64,000 nucleotides of DNA from a virus (IMGVR_UViG_3300032234_000388:1-64000), one strand, 5' to 3'; shown: positions 19,413 to 29,611, counted from the stretch's first letter. A program made the numbers and translations. The notes: a model not told the origin generated them from the letters alone.

Positions 19413-19901
19413 TTAGCTCCAGTCTGGTAAAGGGCCCCCATACTTCTTGCCCTTGATCTTCTTGCCACGTACTCGAACACGCTCTGAGCCCACCTTGTGA
19501 CTCTTACCCCCATCACGGCTGCGATAGCCCTGACTTTTACAACTGCTCAATTGGCTAGCACCCAGGGCTGAGTCTGGCTTACCGCTTTGGCACAGCGCAC
19601 GGCTAGCTGGCTCTTCTGAGACTGTTTCATCATCTGAGCTGACGCCATACATAAGATCGTCATTTAGGGGAAAGTCTAGATCTACGAAACGCTCGGGCAA
19701 CTCTGCTGAGTCAATGATATAGTCCAGTTCTTCTAGGGTTGGGTGCTCTTTCATCAGCACTTTGGCCGCTTCATCGTGAGCATCTGCATTGGACCAAATG
19801 TCAATGTCATAGTGTTCTTTGTACAGTGTGGCCACTGCATCCATGACCTTTTTATAGTCACAGGTAAAGATGTTTTCTTGTAGGATTTCTTGTATTCTCA
19901 T
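19413..19901 (-). CDS. hypothetical protein with acidic N-domain and basic C-tail
   Basis: MRIQEILQE N-terminus; Lys/Arg-rich tail after VSEE. Confidence 0.65.
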   Translation of the reverse strand: MRIQEILQENIFTCDYKKVMDAVATLYKEHYDIDIWSNADAHDEAAKVLMKEHPTLEELDYIIDSAELPERFVDLDFPLNDDLMYGVSSDDETVSEEPASRALCQSGKPDSALGASQLSSCKSQGYRSRDGGKSHKVGSERVRVRGKKIKGKKYGGPLPDWS

Positions 19902-20131
19902 GCCAGTTTGGCTCCAATCATTATGCAGCTCACCAATAGATTCTTAACTTCTTGATCATCCGCACACTCGTTTAAGCGATCTGAACGTATTAGATCCTGC
20001 ATAAGCTCTTGATACTCTGATTCCGATATCTGACCCTGAGCTAATTGATCAGTGATAGTCAAGGCAAATTGAGCACGTTCTTCTGCCCAGGGTCTGCCAC
20101 AAGCAGCTAGCCATTGTAGTTGTTCACGCAT
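19898..20131 (-). CDS. hypothetical protein
   Basis: Coupled to both neighbours. Confidence 0.65.
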   Translation of the reverse strand: MREQLQWLAACGRPWAEERAQFALTITDQLAQGQISESEYQELMQDLIRSDRLNECADDQEVKNLLVSCIMIGAKLA

Positions 20132-20521
20132 TTACCATCTCCCTAGTATGCCCTTAGCGGCACGAGCTGTTTGTTGCTCTAGTATCTTTTTCTTTATGTT
20201 GCAATAGCCCACAGTGCCCTGCCCATCTAGACTACGCTTGTACCAATCTTCAGTGGTCTCTTGTATGGGCTTGACCAATTGAATAACATCACGCTGTAGA
20301 CTACCCTTGCTTTGACTATACAGTTCAAACCAACGTAGCTGATCACGCAGTTGTGTAGCCTGTGGTAATTGAGGACGATCACAGTCTATGCGATCTACTG
20401 TAAGACGTACATCAGTGATCTTCTTAGATTGATTATCGTCCCAGAACGACGGGATCCAGTTTTGTACACTGGCACAACCTGATAGTAAAACCACACTGGC
20501 AATTAATAATATTCTTTTCAT
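20132..20521 (-). CDS. lipoprotein
   Basis: Lipobox LLSGC; TAAATA 6 nt upstream of the ATG. Confidence 0.75.
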   Translation of the reverse strand: MKRILLIASVVLLSGCASVQNWIPSFWDDNQSKKITDVRLTVDRIDCDRPQLPQATQLRDQLRWFELYSQSKGSLQRDVIQLVKPIQETTEDWYKRSLDGQGTVGYCNIKKKILEQQTARAAKGILGRW

Positions 20522-20666
20522 ATAGTATATTTACACAGGACTGATCAGTTTAGGGGAAATTCCCATTCGTCCAATTTAGGCGGCGCATGATTCACGAAGC
20601 AGCTCGAAGAGCTGCGCGAAGCGCAAAATTTTTTAAGGGGTAGCCAAGAATAAACTACTCTGTTAA

Positions 20667-20885
20667 TTATATGTAAGAATCAGCTGTGCGTAGCTGTAAT
20701 CCCGAATCCATGAGCGCAACTTGTGTGATGATTCGGTCAGGTACATAGAAGTCTAGGATGCCCATGGCGCCTGCATGTACATGACCTCCTGATCTCTGTA
20801 CCACAGCCCAAAGACGTTCTGGATCTACACTACAGTAATATGGATCGTATCTCACACAGTGTAGTGTGATCAGAGATTTTAACAC
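20667..20885 (-). CDS. hypothetical protein (GTG start)
   Basis: GGAGCGAACT-GTG leader, same spacing as at 23301-23311. Confidence 0.6.
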   Translation of the reverse strand: MLKSLITLHCVRYDPYYCSVDPERLWAVVQRSGGHVHAGAMGILDFYVPDRIITQVALMDSGLQLRTADSYI

Positions 20886-20938
20886 AGTTCGCTCCCGGGT
20901 TATATTAATACTTATATCAGGTATGCAAATTCTGCATA

Positions 20939-21121
20939 GTGGCCAAGTCACAGTTAAATATTCTTATGAAAAGACTCGTACATGCTCTATGGATATTAAC
21001 AATGATCACGCTAGTATACTGTCTAGTGGGTTGTGCCAATATACAAAGTACAGTAGATAATGGTATAGGTGGGATACCCGGACAGCGCATACACGTTAGC
21101 ACTACAGTGTATAGATGGTAG
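20939..21121 (+). CDS. small putative lipoprotein
   Basis: MKRL-hydrophobic stretch-LVGC. Confidence 0.45.
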   Translation: MAKSQLNILMKRLVHALWILTMITLVYCLVGCANIQSTVDNGIGGIPGQRIHVSTTVYRW

Positions 21122-21158
21122 ACTAAGAACGCTGCGCGAGCCAAGAGAATAATACACT

Positions 21159-21407
21159 ATGCAAAAGACTGTATACTATCTAGTACATCGAGACACTAAT
21201 GAAAGACTTAGATATTATAGTAGCCTTGCTGGCGCAAGGATAGCCCAACGCTCGCGTAATGCTCGCTTGGGCTTTGTTCTGCGTATAGAAAGAGTAGAGC
21301 TAGGGGACAATTGGGAAGTAGAACAGTGCCTAGTAGATGGCTGCATAGTGGAAGCCACATACTGTATAGTAGAAGGTACTATAGACTACAGTGACGTATT
21401 GGAATGA
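21159..21407 (+). CDS. hypothetical protein
   Basis: 82-aa ORF. Confidence 0.55.
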   Translation: MQKTVYYLVHRDTNERLRYYSSLAGARIAQRSRNARLGFVLRIERVELGDNWEVEQCLVDGCIVEATYCIVEGTIDYSDVLE

Positions 21408-21980
21408 TTTACTGAGCTGAGAACTCCATGCACATTGAGGTCTAAGCAGAGTAGACTTTTACTGTAGAGAAAAGTTAGCTATAGTGTGGAAATGTATGAA
21501 AAAGTGTGATTTACTGAGCCTAGCCAAAAAGGAAACCAGCATACAGGCCCCGCTGCGCTGGTTGTGCGTATATATAAAATATATATTTGTGTAGAATTGT
21601 GTGAAAAAGTGTAGAATTGTGTGAATTTTTATAATGCCTCATAGTCCACGGTAGAGAAATTCTAATAACCCTATGTTCTTGTACAGTAATCTAACGATTC
21701 TGAACCGTTTTCTACCATTTACCATCCTGAATCCAGCGTGTACTACTGTCTAAACCACTCTTATACAGTGGCCCCGCTGCGTGTGATATTGGTTCTAGTG
21801 TGAGTTATACAGTGTGTGCCAGTAGCTGTCTAACACTGTCTACGCTTATGTGTAGTCTACGGCTGACCTGAACAAGATCATGACAGCGTTCCCAACATTC
21901 TCTTACACTGTAGTATAAAGGTCTGTGCATATAGTATATAACGCCTGTACTGAGCAAATAGTTTACATAGGCCCCGCTGC
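21408..21980. repeat. non-coding repeat zone
   Basis: GGCCCCGCTGC x3 (21546, 21770, 21970); GTGTAGAATTGTGTGAA x2; TTTACTGAGC x2. Confidence 0.7.
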
Positions 21981-22047
21981 TTGTGGTTGACATCGTACCA
22001 ATTTGACTGTATAATATACACATGTTTAGTAGTTCTTAGAGAGAATC

Positions 22048-22341
22048 ATGACCCTACCAGATGAACGATATCGTGCTATCCAAATGGCTGAACAGCTATT
22101 AACGGACCTCTGTGATCCCAAATTGACTCCCAGGATTCCCAGCACTGTACGGGCCAGGGCCATGACTGCGCTGCGTCACTATCCCGGAAGTTATGATCTC
22201 GCACAGCTAGAAGCGGCGGCCCCTCATGTCTTACAGCAGCGTATGGAACCCCTGCACAAAATGGTTCTACAGTATTCAAACGAGGATCTACGTGTGGACC
22301 ATGACGCAGATCTAGAGCTGAGGCAGGGCTATAGAGAATAA
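22048..22341 (+). CDS. hypothetical protein
   Basis: MTLPDERYRA...ALRHYP. Confidence 0.7.
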   Translation: MTLPDERYRAIQMAEQLLTDLCDPKLTPRIPSTVRARAMTALRHYPGSYDLAQLEAAAPHVLQQRMEPLHKMVLQYSNEDLRVDHDADLELRQGYRE

Positions 22342-22355
22342 GCAGCATAGTATAC

Positions 22356-22432
22356 GGGCCGTTAGCTCAGTTGGTTAGAGCAGAGGACTCATAATCCTTT
22401 GGTCGTAGGTTCAAGTCCTACACGGCCCACCA
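22356..22432 (+). tRNA. tRNA-Ile2 (CAU, lysidine type); elongator Met not excluded
   Basis: Full cloverleaf, G1-C72, anticodon CAT, GGTTCAAGTCC, encoded CCA; D and anticodon arms resemble E. coli ileX. Confidence 0.9.
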
Positions 22433-22719
22433 ACAACAAACGTTAGCTGCAGCAGCAGGGCAGCGTGAAAGGCGCACAATGAGCACAGTATTCGTACACA
22501 GTGTTAACAGCAGTAGGGCAGCAGCATGCATGAGATCAGTGCTGCGCTAGCGGCCTATCTGCGGTGGCGGCGGGGTCTATGGCCCCTGGAACGGTGGGCT
22601 GCGGATGCTGCAGCAGGGATCACAGTGCTGGCCATCCTGGTGTGGGTGACTAAACCCTAGCGAGCTCAGGGTCATTCATTTTGGTTGACATTTTGGCATG
22701 CCTATGCTATAATGTTAAC

Positions 22720-23058
22720 ATGAACTTAGAAAAGCCCACTCGTAAAAAGCGCACAGACCGTACTCATATCATCTATGAGCTACGTGTTAACGGTGCTAGC
22801 TACATTGGCGTCACAGCCAAAACAGAGAGCACTATTAATAAGAGTGTACTTGCTAGGGCAGCCAAGCACTACTACAGAGCCCAAAAGGAAGCTAAGAATT
22901 GGGCACTTTGTACAGCATTGCGTTCGCTCGCGAGCAAGAACGACATCGAAGTACTAGTACATGAAACACTGCGCGGGAAAGCTGAAGCACATAAGCGCGA
23001 GCGTGAGCTTATTCGGCTGTTCAATCCAGAGTTAAACACAGACAAGAGAGGAATGTAA
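22720..23058 (+). CDS. GIY-YIG-like nuclease-domain protein (leaderless start)
   Basis: IIYEL...SYIGVT...R...E..LI...PELN. Confidence 0.65.
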   Translation: MNLEKPTRKKRTDRTHIIYELRVNGASYIGVTAKTESTINKSVLARAAKHYYRAQKEAKNWALCTALRSLASKNDIEVLVHETLRGKAEAHKRERELIRLFNPELNTDKRGM

Positions 23059-23255
23059 TGGGTACACCTTTATATATGGACTTAGGGGATGCATGCGAAC
23101 TGGTACAGCAGTACGCTGAGCTACACACCAACAACGATGTCCTGGCTGCCCTTAAGGACATGCAGCTCTGCTACGATGATCTTGACAAAGAAGACAAAGT
23201 AGCGTATAATATGTTTATGGATGCAGGACGTAAGATGTTTGAACCCAAGCAGTAA
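23058..23255 (+). CDS. hypothetical protein
   Basis: TAATG coupling. Confidence 0.65.
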   Translation: MGTPLYMDLGDACELVQQYAELHTNNDVLAALKDMQLCYDDLDKEDKVAYNMFMDAGRKMFEPKQ

Positions 23256-23310
23256 CGTGGCGGGGGCCAACGAGAGAGCCCCCACAAATTCAACAACATA
23301 GGAGCGAACT

Positions 23311-23673
23311 ATGCAGCGACATTACGACACACTGTTAGAAGAACAACGTGGGCCCTTTACGGTTATCGTAGACAAAACTTGGGAAGATCTACACCCCAAC
23401 GATTGCTTTGACGAAAGCATTACAGACATCAAAGACATATGCGCTAAGATCGATCGCTGTGAGCTAGATTGGTTTATGCTGCGTGTACGTGTCTTGTTCG
23501 AGGGTCATGAGTTAGCTGCAGAACACGTGGGGGGCTTCCTCTACGAAGATGCACGTGAAGTACTACGTGATGGCACAGCAGAGGACATGATCAGCTGCGC
23601 AACTGAGCAGGCCAAGGAAGCAGCAGCAACACTGTTCCACAAATTACAGCGTCTAGATGAGGTCATGGGATGA
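23311..23673 (+). CDS. hypothetical early protein
   Basis: GGAGCGAA RBS. Confidence 0.75.
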   Translation: MQRHYDTLLEEQRGPFTVIVDKTWEDLHPNDCFDESITDIKDICAKIDRCELDWFMLRVRVLFEGHELAAEHVGGFLYEDAREVLRDGTAEDMISCATEQAKEAAATLFHKLQRLDEVMG

Positions 23674-23870
23674 AAGACTACGCAATGTTTAGCCCACGTG
23701 GCAACGAACTAGTCCACGGGGTGGTCACAGCAGCACAGCGTGAGGGCTGGGATTGGGACAAGACACAGCGGCACTTGCAGCTTCTAGCCCGAGCCCACCC
23801 TACAGCAGCATCAGAGGCCATGGACACAGCAGTGCGGGAAGAGGTATGGGCTGCCCTAAACAGGGGTTGA
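23670..23870 (+). CDS. hypothetical early protein
   Basis: ATGA coupling. Confidence 0.7.
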   Translation: MKDYAMFSPRGNELVHGVVTAAQREGWDWDKTQRHLQLLARAHPTAASEAMDTAVREEVWAALNRG

Positions 23871-23926
23871 CAACTAGCCCAAAAGGTGTTATACTAGCAC
23901 TTACACTAACAACATAGGAGCGAGCT

Positions 23927-24346
23927 ATGGGTACAAGAAGCAGAGTTGGCATCATGCACGGTGACGTGCTCAAATCAGTGTACTGTCACTATGACGGCTA
24001 TCTTAGCTGCACAGGGCAGATCCTGCAGCAGCACTACGATTCAGTCAAGACCAATGCACTGGTTGCACGTGGAGACAACAGTGGCATCCGCGAAGAACTA
24101 GACGATATGAACTTCTATGCAGATCGTGGCGAAGAGAACGTGAGCTGGCAAGTGGCACACAGCCTAGAAGAACTCATCGAGCAGACACACAACTGTGGGG
24201 GTGAGTATTACTACGTGATGAAGGACGGGGTATGGTATGCGGGTGCCGTATATGCCACAACTGGGTTGATTAAAGAACAGCTGGTACCCCTCATAGATGC
24301 GCTAGCGGACATACTGATCGAAGAGGGTATGGCAGCTGCTGAATAA
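23927..24346 (+). CDS. phage protein with MGTRS...YCHYDGY motif
   Basis: Own promoter and GGAGCGAG RBS. Confidence 0.8.
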   Translation: MGTRSRVGIMHGDVLKSVYCHYDGYLSCTGQILQQHYDSVKTNALVARGDNSGIREELDDMNFYADRGEENVSWQVAHSLEELIEQTHNCGGEYYYVMKDGVWYAGAVYATTGLIKEQLVPLIDALADILIEEGMAAAE

Positions 24347-24436
24347 CCCTGCAGCCCCTAGGGTTATTACTAGGGGTTGACAAGGGTGCCGTTTGGTAGT
24401 ATACTAGAGGTATTGTAATTAATTAGGAGCGAAGAT

Positions 24437-25510
24437 ATGCCAGCAATTGTAGAAGTTAGCGAAGGTACTTACAAGATTCGCGGAGCAGACACTAGCATGA
24501 GTGGCTTCCGTTTTGAGCTTGTAGAGGGTTTCAAAGAGGGTGCCTCTGGGGGCTATGTGACTGTAGCAGGTGGCACAGTACAGCCTAAGAACTCGGGTAT
24601 TCCAGATCGCAACATCAAGATCAAGTGCGAGTCAGCACAGAGCTACATGATTGTGTCAGGTGAAGTGCCAGCAACACCAGCAGGAGATAAGAGTTTGGAA
24701 CAGATCAAGGTGTCAGATGCAGTTGTTGCTAGCGAGACAGACGAAGAGATCGTAGAACGACTACGCCAGCGTTTCGAAGTGCTCAAAGACATGACCAAAG
24801 CAGTCAAAGAAGGCAATGTGCGTGCTATGATTGTCACAGGCCCTCCGGGTGTGGGCAAGAGCTTCGGTGTTGATGAAGTGCTGAGCAAGGACGACTTGTT
24901 CAATGCCCTAGGACAACGCAAGCCCAAGTACGAGATCGTCAAGGGTGCTATGAGTGCCATTGGCCTGTATACTAAGCTCTATCAGTACAGTGAGAAGGGC
25001 AATGTTATCGTGTTCGATGACTGTGACAGCGTTCTTTTGGACGACCTGAGCTTGAACATTCTTAAGGCTGCTCTTGATAGCTCTAAGAAGCGTACTATTT
25101 CGTGGAACACTGACAGCCGTATCCTGCGTAATGAGGGTGTACCTGATAAGTTTGAGTTCCGTGCAGGAGCCATCTTTATTACTAACATCAAGTTCGAGAA
25201 TGTACGATCTAAGAAGTTGCAGGATCACTTGGCTGCTCTTGAGAGTCGTTGCCACTACATTGATCTCCAAATGGACACAGATCGCGAGAAGTGCCTGCGT
25301 ATCAAGCAGATCGTACAGGACGGCATGCTGGACTCATACGAGTTTGAGGATGTACAACGCGATGAGGTAGTGGACTTCGTTATGGAGAATCGCAACCGTA
25401 TGCGTGAGTTGAGCTTGCGTACTGTACTGAAGATCGCAGACTTGCGTAAGAGCTTTACCACTAACTGGAAGGCCATGGCTGAAGTCACTGTTATGAAGCG
25501 AGGTGTGTAA
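24437..25510 (+). CDS. AAA-type P-loop ATPase
   Basis: Walker A GPPGVGKS, Walker B IVFDDCD, sensor FITN, ALESR. Confidence 0.85.
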   Translation: MPAIVEVSEGTYKIRGADTSMSGFRFELVEGFKEGASGGYVTVAGGTVQPKNSGIPDRNIKIKCESAQSYMIVSGEVPATPAGDKSLEQIKVSDAVVASETDEEIVERLRQRFEVLKDMTKAVKEGNVRAMIVTGPPGVGKSFGVDEVLSKDDLFNALGQRKPKYEIVKGAMSAIGLYTKLYQYSEKGNVIVFDDCDSVLLDDLSLNILKAALDSSKKRTISWNTDSRILRNEGVPDKFEFRAGAIFITNIKFENVRSKKLQDHLAALESRCHYIDLQMDTDREKCLRIKQIVQDGMLDSYEFEDVQRDEVVDFVMENRNRMRELSLRTVLKIADLRKSFTTNWKAMAEVTVMKRGV

Positions 25511-25767
25511 TGGGTGCTTGTACATACCTAGGCCCCGAGTACGATAGCCGTACTTGGGATTACACTCAGAGTGCCACACCCTACTGTGGGTGTGCTACAC
25601 TAGAGGGCAAGAGCTACTGTTCAGATCACTACTACAAGGTCTACAAGAAGGGCAGTTCTAACCTAAAGAACAACACAAAGGCCATTGAGAAAGAAATCGC
25701 GGACATCGAACTCAAACGATTGATCGCACAGCAGGAAGCAGATGAGGGAGAACTTGCTAATGTTTAA
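25510..25767 (+). CDS. Zn-binding protein resembling the GcrA C-terminal domain
   Basis: CTYLG...YCG...GKSYCSDH. Confidence 0.5.
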   Translation: MGACTYLGPEYDSRTWDYTQSATPYCGCATLEGKSYCSDHYYKVYKKGSSNLKNNTKAIEKEIADIELKRLIAQQEADEGELANV

Positions 25768-25963
25768 GAATACATTCATTGTTTTGGTAGTAGCGGCACT
25801 GTTGATCGTGCTGGTAGTAGCAGGACCCTTGTTGGTCTTATGGTCATGGAACACTCTGTTTGGGGCTCTGTACGCTATACCCTACACAGTTTGGACGTGG
25901 TTGGCCGTGTTGATCATTGGGGTGTTTATCCGTGGCAACGTAAAGATTACCAAAAAAGACTAA
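25760..25963 (+). CDS. small 2-TM membrane protein
   Basis: GGGAG RBS; two hydrophobic segments. Confidence 0.7.
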   Translation: MFKNTFIVLVVAALLIVLVVAGPLLVLWSWNTLFGALYAIPYTVWTWLAVLIIGVFIRGNVKITKKD

Positions 25964-26063
25964 AACGGTAAGGTTGATGTTGACCATAAAGTTAGATTGT
26001 TGTAAACTAGTATCACGCTGAAGAAAAGTAATCAGCTTTTATTAACTAATAGGAAATACAAAC

Positions 26064-26336
26064 ATGAAACGTATTAACAAAGACACTAAGACTTTTAAGA
26101 TTTTCAACGCATTGTACAACGGTGCTAAGTTGACTGCCAGCCAAGCTGAGAAGCAGTTTGGTGTAAAGAACTTGAGCGCAGAAGTTAGCCGCATCAAGCA
26201 GAATGGCTATGCAGTGTACGCTCGTACACGCAAAGCTGGCAACGGTGTGACTGTTCGTGAATACGAAATGGGTCAGCCATCACGTGAGATCGTAGCTCTA
26301 GGCTACAAAGCCAAAGCATTGGGCATCACTCTTTAA
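26064..26336 (+). CDS. winged-HTH DNA-binding protein
   Basis: LTASQAEKQFGVKNLSAEVSRIKQNGY HTH pattern followed by a beta-wing. Confidence 0.65.
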   Translation: MKRINKDTKTFKIFNALYNGAKLTASQAEKQFGVKNLSAEVSRIKQNGYAVYARTRKAGNGVTVREYEMGQPSREIVALGYKAKALGITL

Positions 26337-26381
26337 TAGCAGTTTCAAACCTATACCGATTCGCTCCCGGGGCGGGTTTGA

Positions 26382-26410
26382 GGAAGGTCGCAAAAGCGGC
26401 CTTTCTTTTT
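26382..26410 (+). terminator. intrinsic terminator
   Basis: ggaaggtcgc-aaaa-gcggcctttc-ttttt. Confidence 0.8.
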
Positions 26411-26513
26411 GACCTAGGTGTTGCGAAAAAGCCACAGACCCCGGCACTCCCGTGGTTGACAAATCGGATAAATGATAGTATACTAGCCGTATAGTTAGAA
26501 CTTAGGAGCGAGT

Positions 26514-27137
26514 ATGTTTACAGCAGATCATGTGTGGGGCCTAGCAGTTGCAGCCGATCGTATAAACGGGGGCTATGTCAAAGCTGACATCTACGCTGAG
26601 AACCTCGATGTAGTCCAAAAGCAGGCCAACAAGACCATGGTCAAGGGCTGGCTGCGTAATGGTCAGAACCCCGCAACAGCAGCAGACGTTGAACGTGGCC
26701 GTGAGGTTCGCAACTACTTCAACGGCTACTTGCTCAAGCAGATCGCGGGCAAGATCAACGACTTCGAAGCCACCGCGCTGCGTATAGCACAGATGGATGA
26801 GTTCAGCAGCAAGAACCTGTTAGAGTTCTCTGTGGTATCATGCTTGCCATCAGTGATGCTGCGTGATCAAAGCCGTAAGGAGCTTAAGAACGCGATCTCC
26901 AGCTCCACACAACTGCAGGCCGAGGTGGGGGACAAGATCACGGGCGAAATCGAAGTGTTCAAATGCGACTACAATCAGACCTACGATAAGTTTATCGTCC
27001 AGGCTCGTTTGGGCGATTCTTACGTGAGCTTCTGGTTCGGCAGTCGACTAGAAGGTGCCGTGACCATTCGAGCAAAGGTAAAAGAACAGCGTGGCGATAA
27101 TACAACAGCCCTAAACTTTGTGAAAATCATCGGTTGA
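26514..27137 (+). CDS. hypothetical protein, possible C-terminal OB-fold
   Basis: Own promoter and GGAGCGAG RBS. Confidence 0.75.
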   Translation: MFTADHVWGLAVAADRINGGYVKADIYAENLDVVQKQANKTMVKGWLRNGQNPATAADVERGREVRNYFNGYLLKQIAGKINDFEATALRIAQMDEFSSKNLLEFSVVSCLPSVMLRDQSRKELKNAISSSTQLQAEVGDKITGEIEVFKCDYNQTYDKFIVQARLGDSYVSFWFGSRLEGAVTIRAKVKEQRGDNTTALNFVKIIG

Positions 27138-27212
27138 CATTTAGCCCAATTGGTGCTATACTATTAACACTGAGAGAGCAGTTATATTAATCGTACTAAA
27201 GTGAGGTCTTAA

Positions 27213-28298
27213 ATGAGTAAAACTACAGATATCAGCGTTCGCCAAGTTGGTCCTAAGAGCGCCAAGCGAAGCATCAACCGTGCTATCAAGATGCGTCGTC
27301 CAGTGTTCCTTTGGGGCCCTCCAGGCATTGGCAAGTCAGACATCGTTAAGCAGATCGGCGATGACGCTGGTCGTGAAGTAATTGACGTTCGCCTAGCACT
27401 TTGGGAACCCACAGACATCAAGGGTATTCCTTATTACAATGCAGACATGGGCACTATGACATGGGCTCCTCCTGCAGAACTTCCTACTAACGCAGACTCT
27501 AAAGCAATCATCTTCCTTGATGAGTTGAACTCTGCACCCCCAGCAGTACAGGCCGCTGCCTATCAGTTGATCCTTAACCGTCGAGTAGGCACATACAAAT
27601 TGCCCGAGGGTGTAGACATTGTAGCGGCTGGTAATCGCGACGGTGACCGTGGTGTGACTTATCGTATGCCTGCTCCGTTGGCTAACCGCTTCGTTCATTT
27701 GGAAGCCAAAGTGGACTTTGATGACTGGCAGGATTGGGCTACCCTTAACAAGGTGCACCCAGAGGTTGTAGGTTATGTGGGCTTTGCCAAGCAGGACTTG
27801 TATGACTACGATCCTAAGAGCTCTAGCAAGGCATTTGCAACTCCTCGTTCATGGAGTTTCGTATCAGACTTGTTGGGTGATGATGACTGCGATACAGACA
27901 CATTACACAACTTGATCGCGGGTGCCGTAGGTGATGGCCTTGCAACTAAGTTCATGGCTCACCGTAAGGTAGCAGGTCGTATGCCTAAGGCAGCAGACAT
28001 CCTTGATGGCAAGGTTAGCACACTCGAGATCAAAGAAGTGTCAGCGATGTATTCTTTGACTGTATCCTTGTGCTATGAGTTGAAAGATCGTGCAGAGAAG
28101 AAGACTGCCAAGTGGGATGATATGGCAGATAAGTTCTTCCGCTATATGATGGATAACTTCCCTACAGAGTTGGTAGTGATGGGTGCAAAGACAGCCCTTA
28201 CCAACTATGACTTGCCGTTGGACGCTACGAAGATGAAGAGCTTTGACGAGTTCCATAAACGCTTCGGCAAGTATGTTCTCAGTGCTATGGAGAATTAA
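27213..28298 (+). CDS. MoxR-like AAA+ ATPase
   Basis: GPPGIGKS, FLDELN, AAGN, PLANRF, TPRSW. Confidence 0.92.
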   Translation: MSKTTDISVRQVGPKSAKRSINRAIKMRRPVFLWGPPGIGKSDIVKQIGDDAGREVIDVRLALWEPTDIKGIPYYNADMGTMTWAPPAELPTNADSKAIIFLDELNSAPPAVQAAAYQLILNRRVGTYKLPEGVDIVAAGNRDGDRGVTYRMPAPLANRFVHLEAKVDFDDWQDWATLNKVHPEVVGYVGFAKQDLYDYDPKSSSKAFATPRSWSFVSDLLGDDDCDTDTLHNLIAGAVGDGLATKFMAHRKVAGRMPKAADILDGKVSTLEIKEVSAMYSLTVSLCYELKDRAEKKTAKWDDMADKFFRYMMDNFPTELVVMGAKTALTNYDLPLDATKMKSFDEFHKRFGKYVLSAMEN

Positions 28299-28414
28299 GA
28301 CCTCTACCATAGCAAGGGTGGGCAAGTATATCAGGCTTGGCCCACCCAACCTATTAGGGGTTGACAGATTGTCCAAAAGGTGCTATAATATACATATACT
28401 AAGGAGAGCGAGCA

Positions 28415-29611
28415 ATGGACCCAATTATTGACAAACTAACTACTGCCAGAGTAGGCCTGCTCCTTAAAGCACCATTCTTTGGCAACATGGCAACTCGTAT
28501 GCGTTTGATCGACGCTAGTGACTGGTGTCCTACAGCGGCAACTAATGGCCGTGACTTTATGTATAATAAAGACTTTGTCACTAAACTATCTGTTAAGAAA
28601 CTAGAGTTCCTATTCGCACACGAGATCTGCCATGCGGTGTTTGATCACTTTGGCCGTGTTGGTAGCCGTGATCGTATGCTGTCTAACATCGCACAGGACT
28701 ACGCTGTCAATCAGATCCTTGTAGACGAACGCATTGGCGAGAAGATCACTGAAGTGCAGATCTGCTACGATTCAAAGTATCGTGGTAAGGCCTGGGAAGA
28801 GATCTACGATGAGCTCTACGAGAAAGCAGAGAAGATCTCAATGCCTGAGCTTCTAAAGCAACTGGGTGACTTACTTGATGAGCATTTGAAAGAAGAAGGC
28901 CCGGGTGAGGGTGATCAGAACGGTGAAGGCAAGGGCAAGCCTAGTATCAGCAAAGAGGACGCACAGAAGATCCGCGATGAGATCAAAGAAGCAATGATCC
29001 AGAGTGCCGCGGCCGCAGGTGCTGGTAAGGTACCCGCAGGTATCCAGCGTATGATCAAGGACTTGACTGAGCCTAAGATGAACTGGCGTGAGCTGGTGCG
29101 TATGAACATTCAGAGCATCGTGCGTAATGACTATTCATTCAGCAGACCCAGCCGTAAGGGCCAGATGAGTGGTGCTATCCTCCCAGGTATGAAGCAAGAC
29201 GAAACTATTGATGTGGCCATTGGTATCGATATGTCGGGCAGTATTGGGCAAGAAGATGCAACTGTATTCCTTTCAGAAGTCAAAGGTATCATGGATCAGT
29301 ATCAGGACTTTGCCATTGACATCTGGTGCTTTGATACATCCATTTACAATCATCAGCGTATCACACACGACAACGATCAGGACTTGCTAGACTATGAGCC
29401 TGAGGGTGGCGGTGGCACAGACTTTATGGCCAATTGGGAGTTTATGAAAGAGCAGGGCATACAGCCTAAGAAGTTCATTATGTTCACAGACGGCTACCCA
29501 TGTGGTGAGTGGGGTGACGAGAACTACTGTGATACCCTGTTCATTGTCAAAGGCAATAAGGACTGTGAAGCACCGTTCGGCCAGACAGTGATCTACGAAA
29601 AAGAAGCATAA
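28415..29611 (+). CDS. metallopeptidase-like + vWA domain protein (DUF2201 type)
   Basis: TAATNG, HEICH; MIDAS DMSGS...GGGGTDF...FTDG. Confidence 0.88.
   Translation: MDPIIDKLTTARVGLLLKAPFFGNMATRMRLIDASDWCPTAATNGRDFMYNKDFVTKLSVKKLEFLFAHEICHAVFDHFGRVGSRDRMLSNIAQDYAVNQILVDERIGEKITEVQICYDSKYRGKAWEEIYDELYEKAEKISMPELLKQLGDLLDEHLKEEGPGEGDQNGEGKGKPSISKEDAQKIRDEIKEAMIQSAAAAGAGKVPAGIQRMIKDLTEPKMNWRELVRMNIQSIVRNDYSFSRPSRKGQMSGAILPGMKQDETIDVAIGIDMSGSIGQEDATVFLSEVKGIMDQYQDFAIDIWCFDTSIYNHQRITHDNDQDLLDYEPEGGGGTDFMANWEFMKEQGIQPKKFIMFTDGYPCGEWGDENYCDTLFIVKGNKDCEAPFGQTVIYEKEA

Noticed and set aside
20888-20899. Third copy of TTCGCTCCCGGG as another anti-SD hairpin
   Set aside because: Lacks the CCG closing arm and terminator; on the minus strand it is the RBS of the GTG-start ORF, so it is treated as a target.
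22356-22432. Initiator tRNA-fMet or integration site
   Set aside because: Has a G1-C72 pair and lacks three consecutive G-C pairs in the anticodon stem; no integrase or duplicated 3' end in the window.
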